This document shows positions 45,786 to 55,944 of a DNA stretch of 64,000 bases, piece after piece. The stretch's first letter is position 1, and every line of letters starts with the position of its first letter. The stretch spans positions 743 through 64,742 of the forward strand of contig CAZJEN010000019.1 in assembly GCA_964545045.1 (NCBI GenBank), written 5' to 3'. This DNA is from an uncultured Lachnospiraceae bacterium. GTDB lineage: Bacteria; Bacillota; Clostridia; Lachnospirales; Lachnospiraceae. Below the pieces are notes generated by a model. The model ran no database searches, was not told where the DNA came from, and saw only the letters and a list, made by a program, of their open reading frames with translations. The translations under genes were made by a program, and so were the position numbers.

Positions 45786-46210
45786 TGTCTTTTTACTTTG
45801 ATTTTCGTAAATTCTATAATTTCTTTTTTATCCGTTTCGGATAGTTTTTCAAAATAATACAAAAGTTCTTTTTCTAAAACAGTATGGAACTGGTACTTTT
45901 TCTTATTGGTTTCGTTGCTGAAGTGACTGAGGTACTCGCCGAAATCTTCTGCGGTATGATCAGGTGTGGAGGTATTAAAAAAATAAATAGAAGGATCAAG
46001 CTCGACGGTATTTGCCATAAGATCATCGACGGTAATGCCATAAAACTTGGCAAGCTTGTAGAGTATATCATTGCTTGGAGTTCTTTTGCCGGTTTCGTAA
46101 TGGGAATAGGTTTGTCTGACAACACCAAGCGCGGCAGCTACATCGGCTTGATTATAGTTGTGAAGTTTTCGAAGTTCTTTTATCTTGCACGCAAGAGTCT
46201 TGTTTGTCAT
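45782..46210 (-). CDS. XRE-family HTH regulator (candidate controller of the adjacent operon)
   Basis: ATG 46210 after GAGGTG; HTH NQADVAAALGVVRQTYSHYETGKRTP; divergent from the methyltransferase operon. Confidence 0.8.
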   Translation of the reverse strand: MTNKTLACKIKELRKLHNYNQADVAAALGVVRQTYSHYETGKRTPSNDILYKLAKFYGITVDDLMANTVELDPSIYFFNTSTPDHTAEDFGEYLSHFSNETNKKKYQFHTVLEKELLYYFEKLSETDKKEIIEFTKIKVKRQ

Positions 46211-46285
46211 GGAAGTCACCTCGTATCGTTTAACTGTCAGAATGAAAAATCATAAGTAAAGTATAGTCGGTTTGTAATACAAAGA

Positions 46286-46363
46286 TGCTACGCGATGTAG
46301 CAAATATTTGACAAAAATGTAAAATAGGTGTAGCATTATGTTAAAATGCTACAAAGTGTAGCG
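46286..46363. promoter_or_regulatory. Divergent promoter region with repeated TGCTAC/GTAGCA operator-like boxes
   Basis: TGCTAC-GCGAT-GTAGCA (46286-46302) and TGCTAC-AAAGT-GTAGCG (46347-46363), plus GTAGCA at 46330-46335. TTGACA at 46308-46313; TGtTAAAAT at 46339-46347. Confidence 0.6.
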
Positions 46364-46443
46364 TTTTGCCGTTGCATAGAACTGCGGGAAGTCGGTTTGG
46401 ATTGAAACGGTGGTCAAAATCCGAGGGAGGAGACGTTGCACTT

Positions 46444-47205
46444 ATGGAAAAACAGGTGAAATCTAAGCAGCGCGTGGCTGATCACGGAGAGGTTTTTACC
46501 GCTGAACGTGAAGTGCAGGCAATGTGCGATTTGGTGAAGCAAGAGACGGAACGAATCGATAGTCGTTTTTTGGAGCCAGCTTGCGGTGACGGAAATTTTC
46601 TTTCTGCGATTTTGGAACGAAAATTAACGGTTGTTACAAAAAAGTACAGACGTAGCGCCTATGACTGGGAGCGTAACGCATTATTGGCGTTGGGAAGCAT
46701 TTATGGGGTAGATATTATGCCGGATAATGTTCTTGCCTGTCAGGAGCGTCTGTTTGAAATTTGGAATAAAGAATACAAGAAGGTTTGCAAAAAAGAATGC
46801 AATGATGCAACGAGAGAAGCGGCGAGGTTTATCCTTTATTTGAACATTGTCTGTGGAAATGCACTGACATTGCTGTGCTGTGATGATGAGGGGAAGGAAC
46901 TGGAAACCCCGATTGTCTTCTCGGAATGGACCTTCCCTTTTAATGACGCACGTATGCAACGTAAGGATTATACGTTCGCTGAACTTTTGGCGGCGGAAGA
47001 TTCAAACGTTAAGAAGAAAAAGCAGGAGGGTGAGTCCTTCGTTCAAGGAACGCTCTTCGATATGGAGTCGGAGAAGGTGGGTGATGAAGGCCGATTCTTG
47101 CAGCAATATATTGCACATTATCGGTGCATTCAAGAGGATGATACCCGTCGAAAGGGAGCAAATCCCTACTTATATCTGACAAAGGAGGAAACGGACAATG
47201 GCTAA
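46444..47205 (+). CDS. DNA-methyltransferase-like protein with a degenerate catalytic motif and no target-recognition domain
   Basis: HGEVFT, motif I LEPACGDGNFL, IYGVDIMPDNV and NIVCGNALT are present. TFPF occupies the position where (D/N)PP(Y/F) is expected. 253 aa. Confidence 0.7.
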   Translation: MEKQVKSKQRVADHGEVFTAEREVQAMCDLVKQETERIDSRFLEPACGDGNFLSAILERKLTVVTKKYRRSAYDWERNALLALGSIYGVDIMPDNVLACQERLFEIWNKEYKKVCKKECNDATREAARFILYLNIVCGNALTLLCCDDEGKELETPIVFSEWTFPFNDARMQRKDYTFAELLAAEDSNVKKKKQEGESFVQGTLFDMESEKVGDEGRFLQQYIAHYRCIQEDDTRRKGANPYLYLTKEETDNG

Positions 47206-48763
47206 CGGTCTTTTTGATAATGTGTATAATCCTGATGTGTTATCTTGTTTGGCAAACCTCTCTAACGATGAGGTATTTACACCGCCTGAAATGGTAAATC
47301 AGATGTTGGATATGCTTCCACAGGAATTGTTTCGCAATCCTGATACCACCTTTTTGGACCCGGCTTGTAAAACAGGAGTTTTCCTGCGAGAGATTGCAAA
47401 GAGACTGATTGTCGGTCTGGAACCTCAGTTCCCGGATTTGCAGGAACGACTGGACCATATTTTTCATAAGCAGTTGTATGGAATTGCGATTACGGAGTTA
47501 ACAAGTCTTCTTTCGAGAAGAGGGTTGTATTGTTCGAAGTATCCGAATAGTGAGTTTTCGGTGTCTTATTTTGATGAGAAACACCAAGACGGAAATATTC
47601 GTTTTAAGAAAATACGACACACATGGGAACCGGAAAAACTCATGAGAGACCTAAACGGGCGAAAAATTGGAAAGTGCATCTGGTGTGGAGCTTCGAGAGA
47701 TGAGTATGACCGGTCGAAAGAGTTGGAGACGCATGCTTATGAATGGATTCATGCAAATCAGCCAGAGGAGATATTTGGTATGAAATTCGATGTAATAATT
47801 GGTAATCCGCCTTATCAGTTAAGTGATGGCGGTAATGGTGCAAGTGCAAAACCGATATATAATCTATTTGTGGAACAGGCTAAGAAATTAAATCCGCGCT
47901 TCTTGATTATGATTATTCCATCTCGTTGGTTCGCCGGAGGAAAAGGTTTGGACGATTTTCGTGAAGCTATGTTAACAGATAGAAGGGTAGTTAGGATAGT
48001 TGACTATGTAAATGCAAAGGATTGTTTCGCTGGGATTAGCCTCGGTGGAGGTGTGTGTTATTTTTTATGGGATAGAGACAATCCGCGGAAATGTGAGTTT
48101 ACAAATATTCATGATGGAAAAGAATCGACAGATTTACGAGATCTTTCTGAGTTTCCTGTATTTGTTCGATACAATGAAGCGATATCTGTTATTCGGAAAG
48201 TATTAGATAAAAATGAACAAAAGGTTTCGGAAGTTGTTGGGTCAAGAAATCCATTTGGTCTTTCATCCGCTGTTCGTGGTGATAAAGACAAGACGGGAAT
48301 TACTGTATATTCCAGTGGCGGGATCGGAAATATAGCAGAAAAAGAGGTAACACAAGGAAAACATTTAATAAATCAATATAAGGTTATGATTAGTAAGGTA
48401 ACAAGTGAGCATGCTGGTGAGCCTGATAAGAGTGGAATGTTTTCTGTACTGTCAACAGTACGTGTTTTGAAACCACAAGAAGTGTGTACGGATTCCTATT
48501 TGATTGCGTATGAATCTAACAATGCCGTATTTGCAGAAAATTTTGCCCAATATATGTGTACAAAATTTTTTAGATTTCTTTTGCTTCAGGCTGTTTCATC
48601 GATTAATCTTTCAAAGGATAAGTTTCAATTTGTTCCTATGCAAGATTTCACGAAAACATGGACTGATGAAATGTTGTATGAAAAATATGAACTTACGCAG
48701 GATGAAGTTGAGTTTATTGAGTCTATGATGAAAGAAAAGGAATTGGAGGGAGGAATTAGGTAA
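47198..48763 (+). CDS. N6-adenine DNA methyltransferase (gamma-class, Eco57I-like methylase domain)
   Basis: AGGAGG RBS; 8-nt overlap with the upstream gene; DEVFTPPEMV, LDPACKTGVFL, FDVIIGNPPYQLSDGG; ~250-aa C-terminal region (putative TRD). Confidence 0.85.
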   Translation: MANGLFDNVYNPDVLSCLANLSNDEVFTPPEMVNQMLDMLPQELFRNPDTTFLDPACKTGVFLREIAKRLIVGLEPQFPDLQERLDHIFHKQLYGIAITELTSLLSRRGLYCSKYPNSEFSVSYFDEKHQDGNIRFKKIRHTWEPEKLMRDLNGRKIGKCIWCGASRDEYDRSKELETHAYEWIHANQPEEIFGMKFDVIIGNPPYQLSDGGNGASAKPIYNLFVEQAKKLNPRFLIMIIPSRWFAGGKGLDDFREAMLTDRRVVRIVDYVNAKDCFAGISLGGGVCYFLWDRDNPRKCEFTNIHDGKESTDLRDLSEFPVFVRYNEAISVIRKVLDKNEQKVSEVVGSRNPFGLSSAVRGDKDKTGITVYSSGGIGNIAEKEVTQGKHLINQYKVMISKVTSEHAGEPDKSGMFSVLSTVRVLKPQEVCTDSYLIAYESNNAVFAENFAQYMCTKFFRFLLLQAVSSINLSKDKFQFVPMQDFTKTWTDEMLYEKYELTQDEVEFIESMMKEKELEGGIR

Positions 48764-51699
48764 TGGCCCAGGAGTTTTTCTTACAACGCCCATCAGTAAC
48801 CCCAACAATCTATGTTTATAACCTCCCGCAAGTAACTACCCACAAAGGCTATGTAAAGGTTGGCTATACTGACCGTGACGCAGAAACACGTATCAATGAG
48901 CAGATGCATACCAGTGGCCTAAAAGCCAACATTCTTTATACGGAATCTGCAATGTGTTCCGACGGTTCCGTTTTTACTGACAAAGAGGTACATCGTGTTT
49001 TGCGTCGTAAAGGCTTCCGTCAGATGAATGAGGGCAATGACCGGAATGAATGGTTTAAGTGTACAGTGGCAGATGTCAAGGCGGCGATTGTGGAGTTAAA
49101 GGAAGGTATTATTACGGAAGCCAGTCGTACCGCTACATTTAAAATGCGTCCGGAGCAACATCATGCTGTAAATCGTACAATGGAGTATTATGCATATGCA
49201 GCGAAGGAAGAACCGGGCAGGCCGCCGAAGTTCCTTTGGAACGCAAAGATGCGTTTTGGTAAGACCTTCGCAGCGTATCAGCTTGCAAAGAAGATGGACT
49301 TTAAGCGTATCCTTGTTTTGACTTTTAAACCTGCGGTGGAATCTGCATGGCGCGAGGATTTGATGACCCATGTAGACTTTGATGGCTGGCAGTTTATTTC
49401 CAATAAGGATGCTGCCGGAAATCATGTGAACATTGATCGTGAGTATATTTATGCGGATAAAAAGAGACCGATTGTGGTGTTCGGTTCTTTTCAGGATTTG
49501 TTAGGAACAAATGAAGCAGGAGGCATCAAAGCCAAGAATGAGTTCATTCATTCGGATAATTGGGATCTCGTGATTTTTGATGAATATCATTTCGGTGCCT
49601 GGCGTGAAAATGCAAGAAAGTTGTTCGAAAATCCGGATGAAGAAGAAACGGCAGATTTTGATGTTGAGAAGTACGGTTTGGAAGAAGCAGGAAACGCTTA
49701 CAATGAGACGTTTTTGCCAATCACAACCGGTCACTATTTGTTCCTGTCGGGCACACCGTTCCGCGCGATCAACAGTGGCGAGTTTATTGAGGACCAGATT
49801 TATAACTGGACGTATTCCGATGAACAGCGTGCAAAAGAAACCTGGGTGGGTTCTAACAATCCATACGCCGCATTACCTCGTATGGTGATGCTTACCTATC
49901 GTATTCCGGACAGCATTCGTCAGATTGCTATGCAGGGGGAATTTAACGAATTTGACCTTAATGTATTCTTTTCGGCAAAAGGCAAGGGTGACGAGGCGAA
50001 GTTTGTATATGAAAATGAAGTACAGAAGTGGCTTGATCTTATCCGCGGTTCTTATCTGCCGTCTAATATCGACGATATGAAGCTGGGACAGGATAAACGT
50101 CCTCCGATGCCGTATTCCGATACTCGTTTACTGAATGTGCTGTCACATACACTTTGGTTTTTGCCGAATGTTGCATCTTGTCAGGCAATGTACAATTTGA
50201 TGATGCAGAAGCAGAATGCATGGTTCAATCAGCGTTATACGATTAACGTTTGCGCCGGGACCAGAGCCGGTATCGGTTTGGATGCGCTTGTTCCTGTGCA
50301 GCGTTCTATGGGAGACCCGCTTGTAACGCAGACCATTACCTTGTCTTGCGGTAAGTTGACAACCGGTGTTACCGTTAGGCCTTGGACCGGAGTTTTTATG
50401 CTGCGTAATCTGAAAAGTCCCGAAACCTATTTCCAGACTGCATTCCGTGTACAGTCTCCGTGGGAAATTACGGATGAGTCCGGGAATCGTCAGATTATGA
50501 AGCAGGAGTGTTATGTGTTTGATTTTGCGTTGGACCGTGCGCTTCGCCAAATTTCCGATTATAGTTGCCGCTTGGATGTAAGGGAATCCAATCCGGAAAA
50601 GAAGGTTGCAGAATTTATCAGCTTCCTTCCGGTACTTGCTTATGACGGAAGCAGTATGCACCAAATCAGTGCGCAGGATATTTTGGATATTGCTATGGCA
50701 GGTACGTCTGCAACACTTCTTGCAAAGCGTTGGGAGTCTGCGTTGCTGGTTAATGTAGATAATGATACGCTTACCCGTCTGATGGCTAGTAAGGAGGCAA
50801 TGAATGCGCTTATGAATATTGAGGGCTTCCGTTCTCTGAACCAGGATATTCAGACCATTATTAATAAGTCCGAAGCAGTTAAGAAAGCCAAAAAGGACGG
50901 CGGAGAAAAGACACAGAAAGAAAAGAAGGAACTTACCGAGCAGGAAAAAGAATATAAGTCCATGCGTAAGAAGATTCAGGAAAAGCTGATTAAATTTGCT
51001 ACCCGTGTTCCGATATTTATGTATCTTACGGATTATCGTGAACGTTCCTTAAGGGATGTGATTACACAACTTGAACCGGGGCTCTTTAAAAAGGTTACCG
51101 GTTTGGATGTGAAGGATTTTGAATTGTTGTGCTCTCTCGGGGTGTTCAATGCAAACCTGATGAACGATGCTATTTTTAAATTTAAGCGTTATGAAGACTC
51201 CAGTCTTTCTTATACCGGTATCGATAAACACAAGGATAAGGATGTCGGCGGTTGGGATACCGTAATTAAACGAGAGGAGTATGACAGGCTTTTTTATAAC
51301 CAGCAGGCGACAATGGAACAGCCGGCGATTTTTGAAGTACCGGTTGCGGCAGAAGACGTCCCGGTTTCGGAAAGAAAACCGGCGGGAAGTCAGAGAAGCG
51401 TTTCGGTAAGTTCCGAACCACAGGCAAAGTCCGGAGAACTGCGATTGATTACCGCGCAGTATGGAGTGAAGTCGCCTGTATATGCAATGAAGGTGGCGGA
51501 TGAACCGTCGGAGTACGGAGTATCCGAGGTGCCGAAGATTAAGAGAGGGGACCAGGTAATACATAAGACCTTCGGAGAAGGTACCATTACCGGAATCGAC
51601 AAGGCACAGACGCATATTCGTGTTACATTTGCCGTGGGGGAAAAGATGTTTATCTATCCGGAAGCATTTGAAAAAGGATTTCTTGTTTTAAAGGAGTAA
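48763..51699 (+). CDS. GIY-YIG/T5orf172-like nuclease domain + SF2 (ResIII-like) helicase + PcrA/UvrD-Tudor-like C-terminal domain
   Basis: TAATG overlap with the methylase. N-terminus TIYVY...VKVGYT...NEWF. Helicase motifs RFGKTF, VIFDEYH, LSGTP, QTAFRVQSP. C-terminus GDQVIHKTFGEGTITGIDKAQTHIRVTF. Confidence 0.8.
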   Translation: MAQEFFLQRPSVTPTIYVYNLPQVTTHKGYVKVGYTDRDAETRINEQMHTSGLKANILYTESAMCSDGSVFTDKEVHRVLRRKGFRQMNEGNDRNEWFKCTVADVKAAIVELKEGIITEASRTATFKMRPEQHHAVNRTMEYYAYAAKEEPGRPPKFLWNAKMRFGKTFAAYQLAKKMDFKRILVLTFKPAVESAWREDLMTHVDFDGWQFISNKDAAGNHVNIDREYIYADKKRPIVVFGSFQDLLGTNEAGGIKAKNEFIHSDNWDLVIFDEYHFGAWRENARKLFENPDEEETADFDVEKYGLEEAGNAYNETFLPITTGHYLFLSGTPFRAINSGEFIEDQIYNWTYSDEQRAKETWVGSNNPYAALPRMVMLTYRIPDSIRQIAMQGEFNEFDLNVFFSAKGKGDEAKFVYENEVQKWLDLIRGSYLPSNIDDMKLGQDKRPPMPYSDTRLLNVLSHTLWFLPNVASCQAMYNLMMQKQNAWFNQRYTINVCAGTRAGIGLDALVPVQRSMGDPLVTQTITLSCGKLTTGVTVRPWTGVFMLRNLKSPETYFQTAFRVQSPWEITDESGNRQIMKQECYVFDFALDRALRQISDYSCRLDVRESNPEKKVAEFISFLPVLAYDGSSMHQISAQDILDIAMAGTSATLLAKRWESALLVNVDNDTLTRLMASKEAMNALMNIEGFRSLNQDIQTIINKSEAVKKAKKDGGEKTQKEKKELTEQEKEYKSMRKKIQEKLIKFATRVPIFMYLTDYRERSLRDVITQLEPGLFKKVTGLDVKDFELLCSLGVFNANLMNDAIFKFKRYEDSSLSYTGIDKHKDKDVGGWDTVIKREEYDRLFYNQQATMEQPAIFEVPVAAEDVPVSERKPAGSQRSVSVSSEPQAKSGELRLITAQYGVKSPVYAMKVADEPSEYGVSEVPKIKRGDQVIHKTFGEGTITGIDKAQTHIRVTFAVGEKMFIYPEAFEKGFLVLKE

Positions 51700-51721
51700 T
51701 CTATACAAGATAAAGTTTCGG

Positions 51722-51750
51722 TTGCTTTTTATTAGAAAGCATGCTATAAT
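51722..51750 (+). promoter_or_regulatory. Promoter of candidate antitoxin sRNA (copy 2)
   Basis: TTGCTT, 17-nt spacer, TGcTATAAT. Confidence 0.6.
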
Positions 51751-51756
51751 AAAACA

Positions 51757-51851
51757 AAGAAAGTGCTACCGATAGAACGGTTGCCCTGAAATTTGACGAA
51801 TTACAAAAAAGTAACGGTCAGCTTACCAGGCGAGGACCGTTACTTTTTTGC
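51757..51851 (+). ncRNA. Candidate ~95-nt convergent sRNA (copy 2)
   Basis: Promoter upstream; terminator AAAAAAGTAACGGTC...GACCGTTACTTTTTT with a compensatory T>G / A>C change relative to copy 1. Confidence 0.45.
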
Positions 51852-52067
51852 GTTTTTACCATTGGCATAACCTAACTTGTAGGCTGCACCGCAGGCGATA
51901 CTTACAATAGCAATCAAATAGTACACAGATTCTATAGTTAAATACATAAGCGCAAAAACCTCCCTTTTACATGTTTCCAAAGGTGAGTACCTATGGATGA
52001 AGCATCTATGTAAACAGAGCTTGTACTCTCTGGGGGAGGGCAACCGTCCTACCGTACTTAGTAGCAC
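51763..52067. repeat. Direct repeat copy 2 (~300 bp) = type I toxin-antitoxin-like module
   Basis: Same organisation as 42980-43280; most divergent in the middle of the 5' UTR and in the terminator loop. Confidence 0.85.
51840..51947 (-). CDS. 35-aa hydrophobic peptide, type I toxin-like (copy 2)
   Basis: MYLTIESVYYLIAIVSIACGAAYKLGYANGKNAKK (one substitution vs copy 1); GGGAGG RBS. The 75-aa track ORF is an upstream extension. Confidence 0.55.
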   Translation of the reverse strand: MYLTIESVYYLIAIVSIACGAAYKLGYANGKNAKK

Positions 52068-52075
52068 TTTAGTAC

Positions 52076-52104
52076 ATTATAGGTCGTAGGATAATAGATG
52101 TCAA
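52076..52104 (-). promoter_or_regulatory. Promoter of the 35-aa peptide mRNA (copy 2)
   Basis: Minus strand TTGACA, 17-nt spacer, TATAAT. Confidence 0.65.
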
Positions 52105-52139
52105 TCGAACAAATTATTAAAATTATTTCACCTTACCAC

Positions 52140-52209
52140 TTGACAAATGTTTCTTGTGGTGTTATTTTATAGACACAAGGTATTAGCACTCCATCGAGTT
52201 GAGTGCTAA
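52140..52209 (+). promoter_or_regulatory. hrcA-dnaK operon promoter with CIRCE operator
   Basis: TTGACA at 52140-52145; perfect CIRCE TTAGCACTC-N9-GAGTGCTAA at 52183-52209. Confidence 0.9.
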
Positions 52210-52234
52210 CAAAGTAAAAAGGACACCGCGTAGC

Positions 52235-53296
52235 ATGGAAACCAAGGAGAAGGGGAACAGGAGGGAACCGGTGGAATTAGACGAGAGAAAACTTAAGATT
52301 TTACAAGCGATTATCAAGAACTACCTTGAAACCGGTGAGCCGGTAGGCTCCCGTACCATTTCGAAGTTTACGGATTTGAATTTAAGCTCCGCTACCATTC
52401 GAAATGAAATGTCCGATTTGGAAGAGTTAGGCTACATCGTACAGCCTCATACTTCCGCAGGCCGCATTCCTTCCGATAAGGGCTATCGTCTTTATGTGGA
52501 CACCATGATGCAGAGCCGCATGCAGGAAGTGGAGCAGATGTGGGACGCTCTGAACGACAAGGCGGATAAGATGGAGACCCTGCTTCAGCAGGTGGCAAAG
52601 CTGTTGGCGGTAAATACCAACTATGCGACACTGGTGACCGGACCGCAGTACCGCAGCCGGAAAGTGAAGTTTATCCAGCTGACGGATGTGGATGAGACCC
52701 AGCTTCTGGCGGTCATCGTTCTGGAAGGCAACATCGTAAAGAACAAGATGCTTCCTCTGGCAGCAGGCCTTGGTAAAGAAGATATCTTAAAGTTGAATAT
52801 AGTATTGAACACCTACCTGACGGGCTTGGATATGTCCGAGATTAACCTTTCGGTGATCGCAAAGCTGAAGGAGCAGGCAGGGGGGCTCGGAAATGTGATT
52901 TCTGAGTTGTTGGATGCCATCGCGCAGGCCATCAGCGAAGAAGAGGACATCCCGGTTTACACCAGCGGAGCAACGAATATTTTAAAGTATCCGGAGCTTT
53001 CCGACAATCACGTTGCCAGCGATTTGCTTTATGAGCTGGAGGAAAAGAAGTACTTGACGGAGCTTTTAAACGAGAACAGCGAAGAGCACGGCATTCAGGT
53101 GTATATCGGTCAGGAGACCTCGGTGGAGTCCATGAAGGATTGTTCCGTGGTGACCGCCACCTATGAGATAGAGGACGGTATTTACGGCCGTATCGGTATT
53201 GTAGGTCCGAAGCGTATGGATTACGAAAAGGTGGTAGGTACGCTGCAAACCTTAAAGAGTCAGTTAGATGATATTTTTAAGAAGAATAAAGAGTAA
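52235..53296 (+). CDS. hrcA: Heat-inducible transcription repressor HrcA
   Basis: ERKLKILQAIIKNYLETGEPVGSRTISK N-terminus. Start uncertain (ATG 52235 or the GTG a few codons downstream); the track start lies inside CIRCE. Confidence 0.9.
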   Translation: METKEKGNRREPVELDERKLKILQAIIKNYLETGEPVGSRTISKFTDLNLSSATIRNEMSDLEELGYIVQPHTSAGRIPSDKGYRLYVDTMMQSRMQEVEQMWDALNDKADKMETLLQQVAKLLAVNTNYATLVTGPQYRSRKVKFIQLTDVDETQLLAVIVLEGNIVKNKMLPLAAGLGKEDILKLNIVLNTYLTGLDMSEINLSVIAKLKEQAGGLGNVISELLDAIAQAISEEEDIPVYTSGATNILKYPELSDNHVASDLLYELEEKKYLTELLNENSEEHGIQVYIGQETSVESMKDCSVVTATYEIEDGIYGRIGIVGPKRMDYEKVVGTLQTLKSQLDDIFKKNKE

Positions 53297-53314
53297 CGAA
53301 GAAAGGTGAAGAAA

Positions 53315-53935
53315 ATGGCAGAGCAGGAAGTGAAAAATCCGGACGAGACCATGGAAGAGGCAGTAGAAGAAACCATGGAAACTCAGGCGGAAGAAACGGT
53401 TGCCGAAGAGACGGAAGAGACCGTAGAGACTGCGGAAGCAGAGGCTACCGAGGGAGCCAAAGAGGGCAAGGGCCTTTTTAAGAAGAAGGAAAAGAAAGAT
53501 AAGAGAGACGAGCAGATTGCGGAGTTAAACGATAAGGTGCTTCGTCAGATGGCAGAGTTTGAGAATTTCAGAAAGCGTACCGAGAAGGAAAAGGCGGCAA
53601 TGTTTGAAATCGGTGCAAAGAGCATCGTAGAAAAGCTTCTTCCGGTCATCGATAACTTTGAACGCGGACTGGCTGCACTTTCCGAAGAGGAGAGAAACGG
53701 GGCATTCGCACAGGGCATCGAAAAGATTTACAAGCAGCTTCTGACGGAGCTTGCGGAAGCAGGTGTTACGCCGATTGAGGCGGTAGGCAAAGAGTTCAAT
53801 CCGGATTTTCATAATGCGGTTATGCACATAGAAGATGAAAATCTTGGTGAGAATATAGTGGCAGAGGAGTTCCAGAAGGGTTACATGTATAAGGATTCCG
53901 TGGTACGTCACAGTATGGTAAAGGTAGCCAACTAA
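53315..53935 (+). CDS. grpE: Nucleotide exchange factor GrpE
   Basis: RQMAEFENFRKR motif; acidic N-terminus; operon position. Confidence 0.92.
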   Translation: MAEQEVKNPDETMEEAVEETMETQAEETVAEETEETVETAEAEATEGAKEGKGLFKKKEKKDKRDEQIAELNDKVLRQMAEFENFRKRTEKEKAAMFEIGAKSIVEKLLPVIDNFERGLAALSEEERNGAFAQGIEKIYKQLLTELAEAGVTPIEAVGKEFNPDFHNAVMHIEDENLGENIVAEEFQKGYMYKDSVVRHSMVKVAN

Positions 53936-53948
53936 AATATTTATATAG

Positions 53949-55826
<1,878 letters not shown>

Positions 55827-55849
55827 TCCGGAATAAGGATTTCAATGAC

Positions 55850-55881
55850 TATGGCGCAGGGGGAGAAGTTCCCCTGTGCCA
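55850..55881 (+). other. Stem-loop between dnaK and dnaJ
   Basis: ATGGCGCAGGGG ... CCCCTGTGCCAT; no directly adjoining U-tract. Confidence 0.35.
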
Positions 55882-55944
55882 TAAAAGTGTTTTAAGGAAG
55901 ATGCACCTTCCCTACGGAAACGGTGTGAAACGGAGGAGTTTAAG

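Noticed and set aside
46880-47179. 99-aa alternative-frame ORF inside the pseudo-methyltransferase gene
   Set aside because: It is on the same strand but out of frame, is Arg/Ser-rich and has no RBS. The main frame carries the methylase motifs.
50143-51615. 173-aa and 188-aa minus-strand ORFs inside the helicase gene
   Set aside because: Both are antisense to a long ORF with clear SF2 motifs. Neither has an RBS or a recognisable motif.
42885-52139. Island as a prophage, ICE or transposon
   Set aside because: No integrase, recombinase, transposase, relaxase or phage structural gene is recognisable. Only the direct repeats argue for mobility.
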